A stretch of DNA of 64,000 bases, taken from NCBI GenBank assembly GCA_022703055.1, contig JAKLEP010000002.1, positions 22,247-86,246 on the forward strand. The letters are read 5' to 3'. The position numbers and the translations under genes are program-made. This document shows, piece by piece, positions 8,982 to 17,920 of the stretch (within the stretch, counting starts at the first letter, position 1; each line of letters starts with the position of its first letter). Source of the DNA: Candidatus Omnitrophota bacterium. Lineage in GTDB: Bacteria > Omnitrophota > Gorgyraeia > VGKH01. The notes below the pieces were generated by a model. That model was not told where the DNA came from, did not search any database, and saw nothing but the letters and a program-made list of their open reading frames with translations.

Positions 8982-10017
8982 TTAACACCTCACATTTGTT
9001 TTTTTTGACTAAAACCATGTCTTCAATCCTGATCCCAAACTTACCATTAAGATAAACGGCAGGTTCCACAGTAAAAACCATATTACTAGAAAGTCTTTCC
9101 CTGTTTCTTGATGATATCGAGGGATTTTCGTGGGTTTCCCGACCGACACCATGACCTAAGGAATGACCGAAGAATTTGCCTAATTTTCTCTCATTCAAAA
9201 AGTTACGTGCGATTCTATCGATATCGCAGATTTGTTTCCCTGCCGAAATGTTTTTGATTGCCGCCTCTTGGGAGGCTAAAACTGACTCGTAAATGCGCTT
9301 GAAAGATACAGGTATTGTACCCAAAAAGCATGTCCTTGTCAAGTCGCTTCTATATCCTTGAAAGGCTACGCCGATATCAATTAAGACAGGTTCATTTGTT
9401 CTTAATTTCCGGTTAGTAAGCGGCGCATGCGGCATGGCCGAATTCGGGCCTGAGGCGACTATAGTATCAAAAGCTAAGTCAGCATCTTTAGATTTTATGA
9501 AGTATTCCAACCTCAAAGCCACTTCCCGCTCGGTCAAACCGGGCCTGACAATGCTTTTGGCTAACCTCAGCACATCCATGTTAATCTTGATTGCCTTCTT
9601 TATTCGGGATATCTCTTCCTGAGACTTCTTTTCTCTCAAGGTTTCAACAAAATCAAAGGTAGAAATAAAATCTATCCCCGATACCAGTTCTATCTTTATG
9701 CTTTTGAATTCCGCGTAAGAAAGAGATTTACTATCAAAACCTAGCTTTCTAATTCCCAGATTCTTGGCTAGTCTCGCTACAGTGCCAAAAATTGAACCAT
9801 CAATCTTTATCACATCTATGCCTGTTAAATTATTTCTTGCTTCCGCGATATACCTGAAATCGGTAATAAAGAAACTGCCCCTTTTGCTTATTAACAACCA
9901 AGAATCCCGTGAATCATAATCAGTCAAATAAGCAATGTTGGCGTCTTTGGTAACTAATAAACCGTCCAAATTATCCTGCTTTAATTTATTTTGTAGAAGT
10001 TTTATCTGGTGGGTCAC
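8932..10017 (-). CDS. Xaa-Pro aminopeptidase (M24 family)
   Basis: M24 motifs [15 protein letters not shown] and FTVEPAVY. The start is moved to GTG at 10015-10017 (GTGA overlap with the aroQ stop); the longer ATG-initiated ORF would overlap aroQ by 82 nt. Confidence 0.75.
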   Translation of the reverse strand: MTHQIKLLQNKLKQDNLDGLLVTKDANIAYLTDYDSRDSWLLISKRGSFFITDFRYIAEARNNLTGIDVIKIDGSIFGTVARLAKNLGIRKLGFDSKSLSYAEFKSIKIELVSGIDFISTFDFVETLREKKSQEEISRIKKAIKINMDVLRLAKSIVRPGLTEREVALRLEYFIKSKDADLAFDTIVASGPNSAMPHAPLTNRKLRTNEPVLIDIGVAFQGYRSDLTRTCFLGTIPVSFKRIYESVLASQEAAIKNISAGKQICDIDRIARNFLNERKLGKFFGHSLGHGVGRETHENPSISSRNRERLSSNMVFTVEPAVYLNGKFGIRIEDMVLVKKNKCEVLSGALDKSIKNWTNPSY

Positions 10018-10451
10018 TTTCTTATCAGGCCTACCGCCGCTTCCAAACCTAGAAGATAACTGTTTATTCCGAATCCGCTGACCTGTCCGGCACAAGCAGG
10101 CGCAGTCAAGGATGTCTGGCGGAAATCTTCTCTGGCGTAAATGTTGGAAATATGCACTTCTACCGTCGGAACGCCGCAGGCAGCTATGGCATCACGGATA
10201 GCGATACTGGTGTGAGTGTAGGCGGCCGGGTTTATCAGGATCGCCTTAAAATCCTTCTTGGCGCTACCAATCAAATCCACTATTTCGCCTTCGTGGTTGG
10301 ATTGAGATATCTCTAATTTAACTTTTAGCCTTTCGGCTTCCTTTTTTAACTTGGCATTGATGCTGTCCAATGACTCTTTTCCGTAGATATTAACTTCCCT
10401 ATTGCCTAATAGGTTTAAGTTAGGGCCGTGGATTACCAAAATTTTTTCCAT
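10014..10451 (-). CDS. aroQ: 3-dehydroquinate dehydratase, type II
   Basis: 145 aa; [19 protein letters not shown]… and the HISNIYARE motif. Confidence 0.85.
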   Translation of the reverse strand: MEKILVIHGPNLNLLGNREVNIYGKESLDSINAKLKKEAERLKVKLEISQSNHEGEIVDLIGSAKKDFKAILINPAAYTHTSIAIRDAIAACGVPTVEVHISNIYAREDFRQTSLTAPACAGQVSGFGINSYLLGLEAAVGLIRK

Positions 10452-10479
10452 TTTATAATCTCCTTTTGGTTCTTATAAA

Positions 10480-10635
10480 TTATTCCTCTGCTTCATCAAT
10501 CAGCATGATGGGGATTCCATCTCGGATCGGATATTTTTTACCGCATTTCTTGCAAACGATCCGCTCATCCTTTAGCTGAACGCTGCCTCTGCAAGCAGGA
10601 CAGGCCAAAATGTCGATCAATTCTTTATCGATCAT
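10480..10635 (-). CDS. Trm112/YcaR-like small zinc-ribbon protein (DUF343)
   Basis: 52-aa ORF not in the track: MIDKELIDILACPACRGSVQLKDERIVCKKCGKKYPIRDGIPIMLIDEAEE, with the CPxC…C..C pattern typical of the Trm112/UPF0434 family. Confidence 0.55.
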   Translation of the reverse strand: MIDKELIDILACPACRGSVQLKDERIVCKKCGKKYPIRDGIPIMLIDEAEE

Positions 10636-10639
10636 TATT

Positions 10640-10999
10640 CTAGACCTCCTTGCCTTTCTCGATATATTTCATTTTGAGCTCATAAAGCATGGTATCGAGA
10701 ACCTTGGATTCTTCGTCCGTTAAGTTTCCCTTTGTCTTTTCTTTGATCATATCCAACGTATCAATCAAGAATCTTGCCTGTTTGATATTTACTTCTTTAT
10801 TTCCGGTAAAGGGGCTTTCTATCTCACCCAAAGAAATCAATGACTGCAAGCTAAGGCTAGTAATAAAATTCATGAAATCAACTTCCGGGACCTGTACAGA
10901 TTCCGGCTTTTGTTGCTCCTGGCTCTTTTCTTTCTCTACCGCGTCTTTCCAGGATTCATCGACTTTTTTCTTATTTTGCTCGTCCATTTTAGTAAACAA
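10640..10999 (-). CDS. DUF1844-family protein
   Basis: 119 aa; …LISLGEIESPFTGNKEVNIKQARFLIDTLDMIKEKTKGNLTDEE… matches my recollection of the DUF1844 EKTKGNLT block. Confidence 0.55.
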   Translation of the reverse strand: MFTKMDEQNKKKVDESWKDAVEKEKSQEQQKPESVQVPEVDFMNFITSLSLQSLISLGEIESPFTGNKEVNIKQARFLIDTLDMIKEKTKGNLTDEESKVLDTMLYELKMKYIEKGKEV

Positions 11000-11798
11000 T
11001 CACTCCCGCATATCCGACGACAGCGGAATAATCGCCGCTTACGTCGCCGCTGGTTTGGTATTTTATAAGTTTTGCCTTCTTGGCACCTAGAATTTTTGTT
11101 GCCGCTAACATTATCACCGCCGGAGCATAACCACACATCGATATATCAAGGTCTTTTACTTTATCAAAAAGCTCGTCTTCATCAAGCTTCAGGATAGCAT
11201 CTATGGCAATTTTATCCTTATAATGCGCAGCTTCCTGCGGCTCGTAATGAGTCATATCGGAGCTGGCGATTATCATCGTCCTTTTTTTATCGGCGAATTC
11301 TTCTATCGCTTTGGCGATACTTTGAGCTATCTCTTTATATATTTTCAGCTCAGCGGGAAATACCGCTATCGGCACAAACTTAAAATCTGGTTTAAAATAT
11401 TGCAAAAACGGGATCTCAACTTCAATAGAATGCTCCTGGGTATGGGCAAGCGAATCCTCTTTTAAGAATTTTGATTTGGTTAAGATTGCCCCGGCTAAGC
11501 TGGAATCGATTTCAACCTTGCCCAGCGGAGAATCCCAAATCCCTTCCGTCATTATACTAAACGGCTTGCCAAAGCCGGTATGGTTTGGCCCGATAAGAAT
11601 ATACCTATCTTTTGATAAGAAACTGGAGGCGGTCTGTCCGGCAACTAATCCCGAATAGACGTATCCGGCATGAGGCATGATTGCACCGAAGGCATCGGTC
11701 TTCTCCGCTGTTTTGTCGATAAAACCCTCTATCTGATTTAACAAAGAAGCTTTTGCCGAGGGGTAAAATTGACCTGAAACCGCCGCTCTTCTAACCAT
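10989..11798 (-). CDS. MEMO1-family protein (AmmeMemoRadiSam system protein B)
   Basis: 269 aa; MVRRAAVSGQFYP… and MPHAGYVYSG motif of the Memo family. Confidence 0.75.
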   Translation of the reverse strand: MVRRAAVSGQFYPSAKASLLNQIEGFIDKTAEKTDAFGAIMPHAGYVYSGLVAGQTASSFLSKDRYILIGPNHTGFGKPFSIMTEGIWDSPLGKVEIDSSLAGAILTKSKFLKEDSLAHTQEHSIEVEIPFLQYFKPDFKFVPIAVFPAELKIYKEIAQSIAKAIEEFADKKRTMIIASSDMTHYEPQEAAHYKDKIAIDAILKLDEDELFDKVKDLDISMCGYAPAVIMLAATKILGAKKAKLIKYQTSGDVSGDYSAVVGYAGVIVY

Positions 11799-12711
11799 TG
11801 AACGTCTTCTCCAGATTTTCTTTTGCTCTTATTAATTCTCCCACAGATGCCTGAGCGTGGGCCTCGATAACCTTTAAGGTGTCCTTTTTGACAAACGGAG
11901 CTAATGTCTTGAAATCGAATTTTCCTGCTCCAGGCGCCAAATGATCTCTGCAGCCGATCAAATCGTGCAAATGAACTCCGATTAGCTTTTTATGGTAATT
12001 CTTTAAATAATCAAGGTGATTATAAAAACCTAATTCCTGCATTACCTGGGCATGACCTACATCATGCCAATAAAAAATTTTGCCTTCCTTAAAGTTATCA
12101 AGGATGATACCGATCTCCTCAAAATTCGGAATCTCTCGATAGTAGTATCTGTTTTCTAAACCCAGATAAATTTCGTTTTTTGACGCGTGTTTAAGAAGCT
12201 CGCCAATGCTTTTTAAAATCTGCTCCAGATGCGGTTTAATTTTTGAGGCTCTTTCTCTGATGAATTCTTCTTTGATTTTTGTATATTCCGGCTTATCTTT
12301 TTTTCCTTTGTCGTAGAGCGCGATTAAATCTACGGTCCTATCTTTCATCTGGACACGCCCGGCGTGAAAAACTACAACCGATGCGCCGATCCTACGGGCA
12401 GTATCAATAGAAATCCTGGTATTCTTAACTGCTTCTTTTCTTTGTTCTTCGTCAAGCGAAGCCAGAGAATAATAGTCCGGCAGAGCGATTTTGGGAGTAA
12501 GCCCAATTGGAATCGGACAATAATTATGGAGGCTGACTACTTTAATACTGCCTTCCTTCTGTAAAAGAACGAATTCTTCGACTAATTCTTTAGTTAAAGT
12601 AAAATTTAACTCTAACTTATTGAAGCCGATTAATTTTACCTCCTGGACCAAGCTTTTTGCTTCGGTGTGCCGGAATATGTTCCAAGAGGTTGATAATGCC
12701 AGATTGCTCAT
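11791..12711 (-). CDS. Sugar phosphate isomerase/epimerase (xylose-isomerase-like TIM barrel)
   Basis: 306 aa; VVFHAG…, …IGVHLHD… metal-binding pattern of the AP-endonuclease-2/xylose isomerase-like fold. Confidence 0.6.
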   Translation of the reverse strand: MSNLALSTSWNIFRHTEAKSLVQEVKLIGFNKLELNFTLTKELVEEFVLLQKEGSIKVVSLHNYCPIPIGLTPKIALPDYYSLASLDEEQRKEAVKNTRISIDTARRIGASVVVFHAGRVQMKDRTVDLIALYDKGKKDKPEYTKIKEEFIRERASKIKPHLEQILKSIGELLKHASKNEIYLGLENRYYYREIPNFEEIGIILDNFKEGKIFYWHDVGHAQVMQELGFYNHLDYLKNYHKKLIGVHLHDLIGCRDHLAPGAGKFDFKTLAPFVKKDTLKVIEAHAQASVGELIRAKENLEKTFNG

Positions 12712-12806
12712 AATAAATAGGGATAAATATAACGGTTTTGTATTAATAATGATATCACTTTAGCCATTTTATGTCAAACATTTAGGCTTAAATTATGGAT
12801 GAATTT

Positions 12807-13460
12807 TTAGTTGTCGAGCTCAAAAGAAATAATAACGTTAAAGGTAAGCTTGGGATAGTTTAATCCGACAGGAAATTTAGGATAAGGCCCTGCATTTTTG
12901 ACGCTTTTTAGCGCGACATTCTGCAAGAATTCGCTGGCCCTGGATTTTTCTTTAAAAAGTTTAATATCTAGCAATTGACCATCTTGCGAGATTACAAAAG
13001 AAACATAAACCTCGCCCTCTTCGTATTTGGTGTAATTCCTGTAGGCCTCTTTCTTAATGTTATCCCTAATCATCTCGTAGTAATTTTTATACATGGGGTT
13101 GTTATCCATCTTGGAATCTAACTTGGGGGTGACTTTCTTCTTCTCTTGAGTCACTACCTTGGAAGACTTTGGCTTATCCTGGACGAGCTTAAAATTCTTG
13201 ACGCTGAAATTTTCCTTCATGAAAGAAGGCAGATCTTTGGGGATGCTCTTAACCACCTGGATTTTATTCTGGTATTTCTTATCCTGCGGATCAAGCAGCT
13301 TGACTTCGCTGGGAAGACTTTTGATATTCTGATAGGTGACTTCCAGCTGTTTCAATGATTTATTGATCTCAATTTGAATCGGCGGAGCCTGAAAAAGAAG
13401 CGCCACATGAAACAAAGCCGAGACAAAAAGTGCTACCTGAAATGTTTTATCCTGTAACAT
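12807..13460 (-). CDS. TonB-like energy transducer (N-terminal TM anchor, C-terminal TonB-C-like domain)
   Basis: 217 aa; N-terminal hydrophobic helix, K/P-rich linker, C-terminal …GEVYVSFVISQDGQLLDIKLFKEKSRASEFLQNVALKSVKNAGPYP… resembles TonB C-terminal domains. Confidence 0.45.
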   Translation of the reverse strand: MLQDKTFQVALFVSALFHVALLFQAPPIQIEINKSLKQLEVTYQNIKSLPSEVKLLDPQDKKYQNKIQVVKSIPKDLPSFMKENFSVKNFKLVQDKPKSSKVVTQEKKKVTPKLDSKMDNNPMYKNYYEMIRDNIKKEAYRNYTKYEEGEVYVSFVISQDGQLLDIKLFKEKSRASEFLQNVALKSVKNAGPYPKFPVGLNYPKLTFNVIISFELDN

Positions 13461-13475
13461 AAAATTATCCCGAAT

Positions 13476-13898
13476 TTATAATCCGCTTATCTCGACCAGC
13501 GCGGATATCCAATCCCTCGAACCTGATTGCGCAAGAGTTACCCAGACGTAAAGAGAATCACCCGAAGAATTAATTGCTTTTATACTGCCTGTCTTATACT
13601 TATCTAGGTTAAGCCTGCATACTTCGCTGACCTTGCCGCTTGTATTATCAACTTTTTTGATCATCCACAGATACCCGTTAGGATTTCCTTCTGAAACACA
13701 GTAATAAAAATTCCCGGAACCGTCAACTGCCGTCGGGCTGTTATAGCTATAGCTCATTTCCTCGGAAGATAAACCTTGACTCACAATGCTGACATTTAAT
13801 CCGCTCTGGCTGAATATGAGCCAACCGGAATTTTCTTCCGCCGATACCGAAACGCACAACAGAAATAGAATCAAAACAAAAATAGTTTTCTTCATCAT
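13476..13898 (-). CDS. Secreted hypothetical protein
   Basis: 140 aa with cleavable signal peptide MMKKTIFVLILFLLCVSVSAEE; no recognisable domain. Confidence 0.45.
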   Translation of the reverse strand: MMKKTIFVLILFLLCVSVSAEENSGWLIFSQSGLNVSIVSQGLSSEEMSYSYNSPTAVDGSGNFYYCVSEGNPNGYLWMIKKVDNTSGKVSEVCRLNLDKYKTGSIKAINSSGDSLYVWVTLAQSGSRDWISALVEISGL

Positions 13899-13978
13899 AT
13901 TCTCCTTTTGTTATAACTATAAATAATTATATTATCTTAATGGAGGGTTTTCGTCAACAGGAATCACATAAGGTATGA

Positions 13979-14689
13979 CTAAGTCAAGGAAAGGTTTTTT
14001 TCGATGAACTTAATAAGCTCTTCCTGAACGGAATAAGGCAAGTTCACAAATTCAACCCCCATACCCGGATGGAGATTATGCTGGATATCTTTATCAGACA
14101 GCCAGACGACTTTAGCATCAAGCTTGAATGTTTTATGCTCCGAGGGAAGATCAATTTTTAAAGTCACCTCATCCCCTAACTTGAATTGTTCACAACCAAA
14201 AATGTATGCGCCCACCGCACTCAAATCCAACAACTCAACCTTAAGGCAATGCGGGGTCCGGCTGTGTTTAGATAATAAATCAATCTGGATATCCAAAGGC
14301 AGCCGCTTAAACCTGCGGCGCATCTGCATTCTTTTAATATTTTCAATGACTCTGTCCTGCTTGAAACTTTTTATCGCTACTTCTTCTTGAGTATGGATAT
14401 CGATTACCTTATCAAGGCCTGCTACGGAAAGAATCTGGCGCACATGCATTGGGACATTCAAGAATTTCATCCTGCCTTTATTATTCAAGACTTCCTTGTA
14501 TGCCAAGGCAAGGGCCGAAACTCCCAGATAGTCGATAAATTCAACCTCTTCAAAATTCAACAAGATATCGTAATAGCCGTCTCTTAAGCAAGTGCCCACA
14601 ACCTCAACCAAATTGGCAGAGTCAGAGTCGATACGGCCGCCAATGTCTAAAATCACCACTCCTTTATCTGTCCTGGCTTTAATTTCCAT
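13979..14689 (-). CDS. STAS (anti-sigma-factor-antagonist-like) and PilZ fusion protein, putative c-di-GMP receptor
   Basis: N-terminal STAS: VVILDIGGRIDSDSANLVE…FEEVEFIDYLGVSALALAY. C-terminal PilZ-like: RRRFKRLPLDIQIDL… and …GMGVEFVNL…. Confidence 0.65.
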   Translation of the reverse strand: MEIKARTDKGVVILDIGGRIDSDSANLVEVVGTCLRDGYYDILLNFEEVEFIDYLGVSALALAYKEVLNNKGRMKFLNVPMHVRQILSVAGLDKVIDIHTQEEVAIKSFKQDRVIENIKRMQMRRRFKRLPLDIQIDLLSKHSRTPHCLKVELLDLSAVGAYIFGCEQFKLGDEVTLKIDLPSEHKTFKLDAKVVWLSDKDIQHNLHPGMGVEFVNLPYSVQEELIKFIEKNLSLT

Positions 14690-14763
14690 ATCTAAAATAA
14701 TATCATTATTACAAAGAAATAAAAATAAAATTTAAAAAATTTTTGCTTGGACACATAATAAAA

Positions 14764-14800
14764 CCCCCACACCAACAATTGTTGGTGTGGGGGTATTTTA
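14764..14800. terminator. Intrinsic terminator downstream of cspA
   Basis: Perfect 30-bp palindrome CCCCCACACCAACAATTGTTGGTGTGGGGG flanked by A-run and T-run. Sits directly after the cspA stop on the minus strand. Confidence 0.6.
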
Positions 14801-14817
14801 GTCTTTTTTAAAAGACA

Positions 14818-15018
14818 CTAGGCTTTCTTTACTTTTACGGCCTGTTCGCCTTTAGGGCCTTTTTCGATTTCGAATTCAACTTCTTGACCTTCAGCTAAAG
14901 TCTTGAAACCTTCGCCTAGGATCGCGCTATGGTGTACGAAAACATCAGTACCGGAATCGGTGGTGATGAAACCGTAACCTTTTTTGTCGTTGAACCACTT
15001 TACTTTACCACGTGCCAT
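14818..15018 (-). CDS. cspA: Cold-shock protein (CspA family)
   Basis: 66 aa; [21 protein letters not shown]…[11 protein letters not shown] motifs; GGAGG RBS. Confidence 0.9.
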   Translation of the reverse strand: MARGKVKWFNDKKGYGFITTDSGTDVFVHHSAILGEGFKTLAEGQEVEFEIEKGPKGEQAVKVKKA

Positions 15019-15075
15019 TACTTACTACCCTCCTTCCTTACTTGTTACATAGTAAATAATGGCGAAATAAAAGCC

Positions 15076-15118
15076 GTAAGGCTAGTAATTCATCGCCTTA
15101 CGGCTTTGAAACTTCTAC
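15076..15118 (-). terminator. Intrinsic terminator after the Cys-rich secreted protein gene
   Basis: 12-bp perfect stem AAGCCGTAAGGC…GCCTTACGGCTT followed by a T-run on the minus strand. Confidence 0.5.
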
Positions 15119-15206
15119 CACTTATTTACTACATACTACCAAATTCTGCCCAAAGTATACCTTGATAAAGGCAATTTGTCAACTAAATTTTAAAAACAAT
15201 ATCGGA

Positions 15207-16181
15207 TTAATTGCACCCGCGAATGCAGCCAGGTTGGCCGTTTTCCTGCCATCCTTGCTGGCTACCGCAGCTATTTTTCACGCCAAAATTGCCAGTTTGT
15301 TCGCTTAAAATGTCCACAGAATTACCACAAGCCTTATTATTGAATAATACAGCTCCGCTTGATTTAAGCTTGATTCCTTGCTTAAAGTTTGTAATATCAA
15401 CATCATGCAACACTGCATCGTTTCCTTTAACAACTATTCCTACACCTTGCTTTATTGTGCTAGCCTGGATATGCACAGGCGAGACAGGACTTCCCTGATC
15501 CTGCGGAGGAGTTTCTGCTGCAGGCACCTGAACTGTCTTTCCTCTAGCACCTCTCGAAGAAGTTTTTGGCACAGGCTGTGAAGCGATCTGCTTTGCCACA
15601 GAAGCAGAAGATTGCACTTTGCCGGCGGCCATTAACGATTGCGTGACTCCTACTAAAGTCACGCCGCTTAAATCAACATTTACTCCAGAACCTGCGATAA
15701 TGAGAATTCCTTCCTGGCCATTATCCTGTAATTCATACCTTCCCGGGCAAATGCGGATATTATCTCCAGGATTACCTGATAAAACTAAATCATCTTTTAA
15801 TGGATAACAAGCCTGGCATTGATGACAGCCGTCATAAGCATCGCTGTTTTTATCATCGCATACTTCTCCGTTATCCAATACGCCGTCCCCGCAGTGAGCG
15901 CGCTTACAATCCCAGCGGCAGGCGTTGGGAATTACGTTGCTATTGTTAGGAAAATCATCGCACTCTTCTCCGCTATCGACCCCGTAATCTCCGCAGCGGG
16001 CCTTAACGCAATTAGTTCTGCAGCCATCGGGGGCAGAATCGCTATTAGCCTGGGCGTCATCGCATTCCTCATATCCTTCTATTACGCCGTTGCCGCAAAC
16101 AGGCACGGCATAAATTTTAGAAGACAACAATAAACAAAAAGCTACGGTTAAAATATAAGCCAGACCGAACCTCTTAGACAT
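15207..16181 (-). CDS. Secreted cysteine-rich repeat protein (Myxococcus-type CGxGxxExGEECDD repeats) with a C-terminal beta-rich region
   Basis: Signal peptide; three CGNGV(IE)…EECDD-type repeats; G/S/T-rich C-terminus. Confidence 0.55.
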   Translation of the reverse strand: MSKRFGLAYILTVAFCLLLSSKIYAVPVCGNGVIEGYEECDDAQANSDSAPDGCRTNCVKARCGDYGVDSGEECDDFPNNSNVIPNACRWDCKRAHCGDGVLDNGEVCDDKNSDAYDGCHQCQACYPLKDDLVLSGNPGDNIRICPGRYELQDNGQEGILIIAGSGVNVDLSGVTLVGVTQSLMAAGKVQSSASVAKQIASQPVPKTSSRGARGKTVQVPAAETPPQDQGSPVSPVHIQASTIKQGVGIVVKGNDAVLHDVDITNFKQGIKLKSSGAVLFNNKACGNSVDILSEQTGNFGVKNSCGSQQGWQENGQPGCIRGCN

Positions 16182-16204
16182 GAATCACTCCTTCCTAAAA
16201 AATA

Positions 16205-16606
16205 TTACTTCTTAATATATTTAATTGCGACCCCGAATAACCTAGTGGTGTATTGAGCGGTAGTGGTAGTACGATAGCTTTCGCCTGAGGCGTGCTTTTC
16301 GGTATTGCCGTATTCGTGGAAGCCTTCCAATTTTTCTTCTTCCCGCAGGATAATTGCATCTGCCCCCATCTGTGCAGCCATATCTTTTAATCGGTCTATG
16401 ACGTGAGAATGAATCGAGGTATTGCCGGTGTCGGCAATAACTTCTCCGATTTTTACAAACTCTACCGGCGGCTGCTCATAAAATACCTTAACATTCTCTG
16501 GGCTTGTAGCCGGATAAACCGTATCGGTGTATTTTTCCGATCCAAAAGTAGTGCAGCCGACTAAAAACATACAAATAAAAATCAGGTAAAACGCTTTTTT
16601 AGACAT
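16205..16606 (-). CDS. Lipoprotein, hypothetical
   Basis: 133 aa; lipobox MSKKAFYLIFICMFLVGC. Confidence 0.5.
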   Translation of the reverse strand: MSKKAFYLIFICMFLVGCTTFGSEKYTDTVYPATSPENVKVFYEQPPVEFVKIGEVIADTGNTSIHSHVIDRLKDMAAQMGADAIILREEEKLEGFHEYGNTEKHASGESYRTTTTAQYTTRLFGVAIKYIKK

Positions 16607-16629
16607 TCATCCTCCTGGAAATTTAAAAA

Positions 16630-16788
16630 TTAAACCGTGCGTTTTCTTTTACGGCGCAATGCTTTGGCCATCCGCGAACAGGCCTGAGCTGAAGTCCCGC
16701 CTTCGGTCAGATGGTTATCGCAAACCGCGGCAAACCCGCGCCGGTTCTTAATCTTAAAGACTTTTACGCTTCTTCCCTGGATTTTCAT
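16630..16788 (-). CDS. Small basic hypothetical protein (52 aa), not in ORF track
   Basis: MKIQGRSVKVFKIKNRRGFAAVCDNHLTEGGTSAQACSRMAKALRRKRKRTV preceded by GGGGAG RBS. Locally GC-rich compared with its surroundings. A structured RNA cannot be excluded. Confidence 0.3.
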   Translation of the reverse strand: MKIQGRSVKVFKIKNRRGFAAVCDNHLTEGGTSAQACSRMAKALRRKRKRTV

Positions 16789-16802
16789 CTTGCTCCCCTA
16801 AA

Positions 16803-17393
16803 TTAATCTTTCGGCTTAATTGAATAAACTATAGATTGTATCCTGGCTATAGTTAGATTTTTAAATTCCGGATAAATTGCGTAGGTTATCTGGTATTGCC
16901 TGCCAGCATAAACAAAAAATATGGAATTACTATCAAAGATGATTTTTCTCGAAGGGTTACTGATTTTAAGCGAAATAAATTTCGCGGCTATCCCGTTAAA
17001 TTTGATGTCGCTCATACTGCCAGGATTATCGCTTACAGAGAAATTTTCTCTAGCATAAAAACGACTCATCGCAACCGAAAAATTCGAAGCTCCTTCATCG
17101 ATCGGCGTTTCGGCAATAAAATCCTTGAACATATCCTTTTCTTTCTGCAATACAGTTATAGTAATAAAGTATCTGGGATAGTCTTCGTCTTTAAGCTCGA
17201 ACCCAAAGGTTTTGACTCCGTAAAAATTCAGGCCAAAATCTGTTTTCTGCTTCTGGGGAGAAAAAGTCCAGTTCTTGGGATAATCTATGCTGAATAATTC
17301 ATTTTCAAGATGTATATCTTGTTTGTTTATCCTCGGTGGGCCGCAACCGGAAGATAAAAAGACTATCAATAAAAGAAAAAATATTCTTTTCAT
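16803..17393 (-). CDS. Lipoprotein, hypothetical
   Basis: 196 aa; MKRIFFLLLIVFLSSGC lipobox; start overlaps the stop of the upstream NTPase gene. Confidence 0.5.
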   Translation of the reverse strand: MKRIFFLLLIVFLSSGCGPPRINKQDIHLENELFSIDYPKNWTFSPQKQKTDFGLNFYGVKTFGFELKDEDYPRYFITITVLQKEKDMFKDFIAETPIDEGASNFSVAMSRFYARENFSVSDNPGSMSDIKFNGIAAKFISLKISNPSRKIIFDSNSIFFVYAGRQYQITYAIYPEFKNLTIARIQSIVYSIKPKD

Positions 17394-17905
17394 TATTTTA
17401 TATTAAATAATTGAAGGATCTCGCGCAAAATCTTATCGAAATTTTCTTTTGTCAAATTAAACAATTTGACGTCTTCCCGTTTTTTGAGGCTTTCTATAAA
17501 TGGAGAGCCTTTATGTTTTATCGTGGCGATGACCACACGCGGGCCCTCGAATATCTCCAATACCAGATTCTTGAAAGTTTCAGAGAATAACTCCATCGGG
17601 CCGATTTCATCGACAAGGATGACTTTTGACTCCTTCATCGCTTTTTTCAAGGCCGGCAAGGCTACTCTCTCGAATCCCTCTTTTAAGACTGCGTATTTAC
17701 TGAAACGATATTCGCTTTTTTTCTCAATATGCGCCAAAAGTCCGGTTGTCCCGTCGAGGGCGCTAATCTTAAACCCAACGCGCTTTCCGTTACGCCTGAT
17801 TTCCTCGGTGTAAAATCCCCCGGCGATTTCCTTTAGCTCCTGAGAAATCTTCTTCACTAGGGTTGTTTTACCAGCGCCAGGTTTTCCGGTTATTAGGATA
17901 TTCAT
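17393..17905 (-). CDS. Nucleoside-triphosphatase, THEP1-type P-loop NTPase
   Basis: 170 aa; MNILITGKPGAGKTTLVKK Walker A; VILVDEIGPMEL Walker B. Confidence 0.7.
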   Translation of the reverse strand: MNILITGKPGAGKTTLVKKISQELKEIAGGFYTEEIRRNGKRVGFKISALDGTTGLLAHIEKKSEYRFSKYAVLKEGFERVALPALKKAMKESKVILVDEIGPMELFSETFKNLVLEIFEGPRVVIATIKHKGSPFIESLKKREDVKLFNLTKENFDKILREILQLFNIK

Positions 17906-17920
17906 TAATTTAAGGAATGA

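Noticed and set aside
8932-10095. The long ATG-initiated form of the M24 aminopeptidase ORF
   Set aside because: It would overlap aroQ by 82 nt. An in-frame GTG at 10015-10017 overlapping the aroQ stop (GTGA) gives a typical coupled start, so the shorter model is preferred.
16630-16788. GC-rich 160-nt patch read as a possible structured ncRNA (SRP or 6S-like)
   Set aside because: No conserved SRP domain IV or 6S features were recognisable. A 52-codon ORF with a GGGGAG RBS fits exactly, so it is reported as a low-confidence CDS instead.
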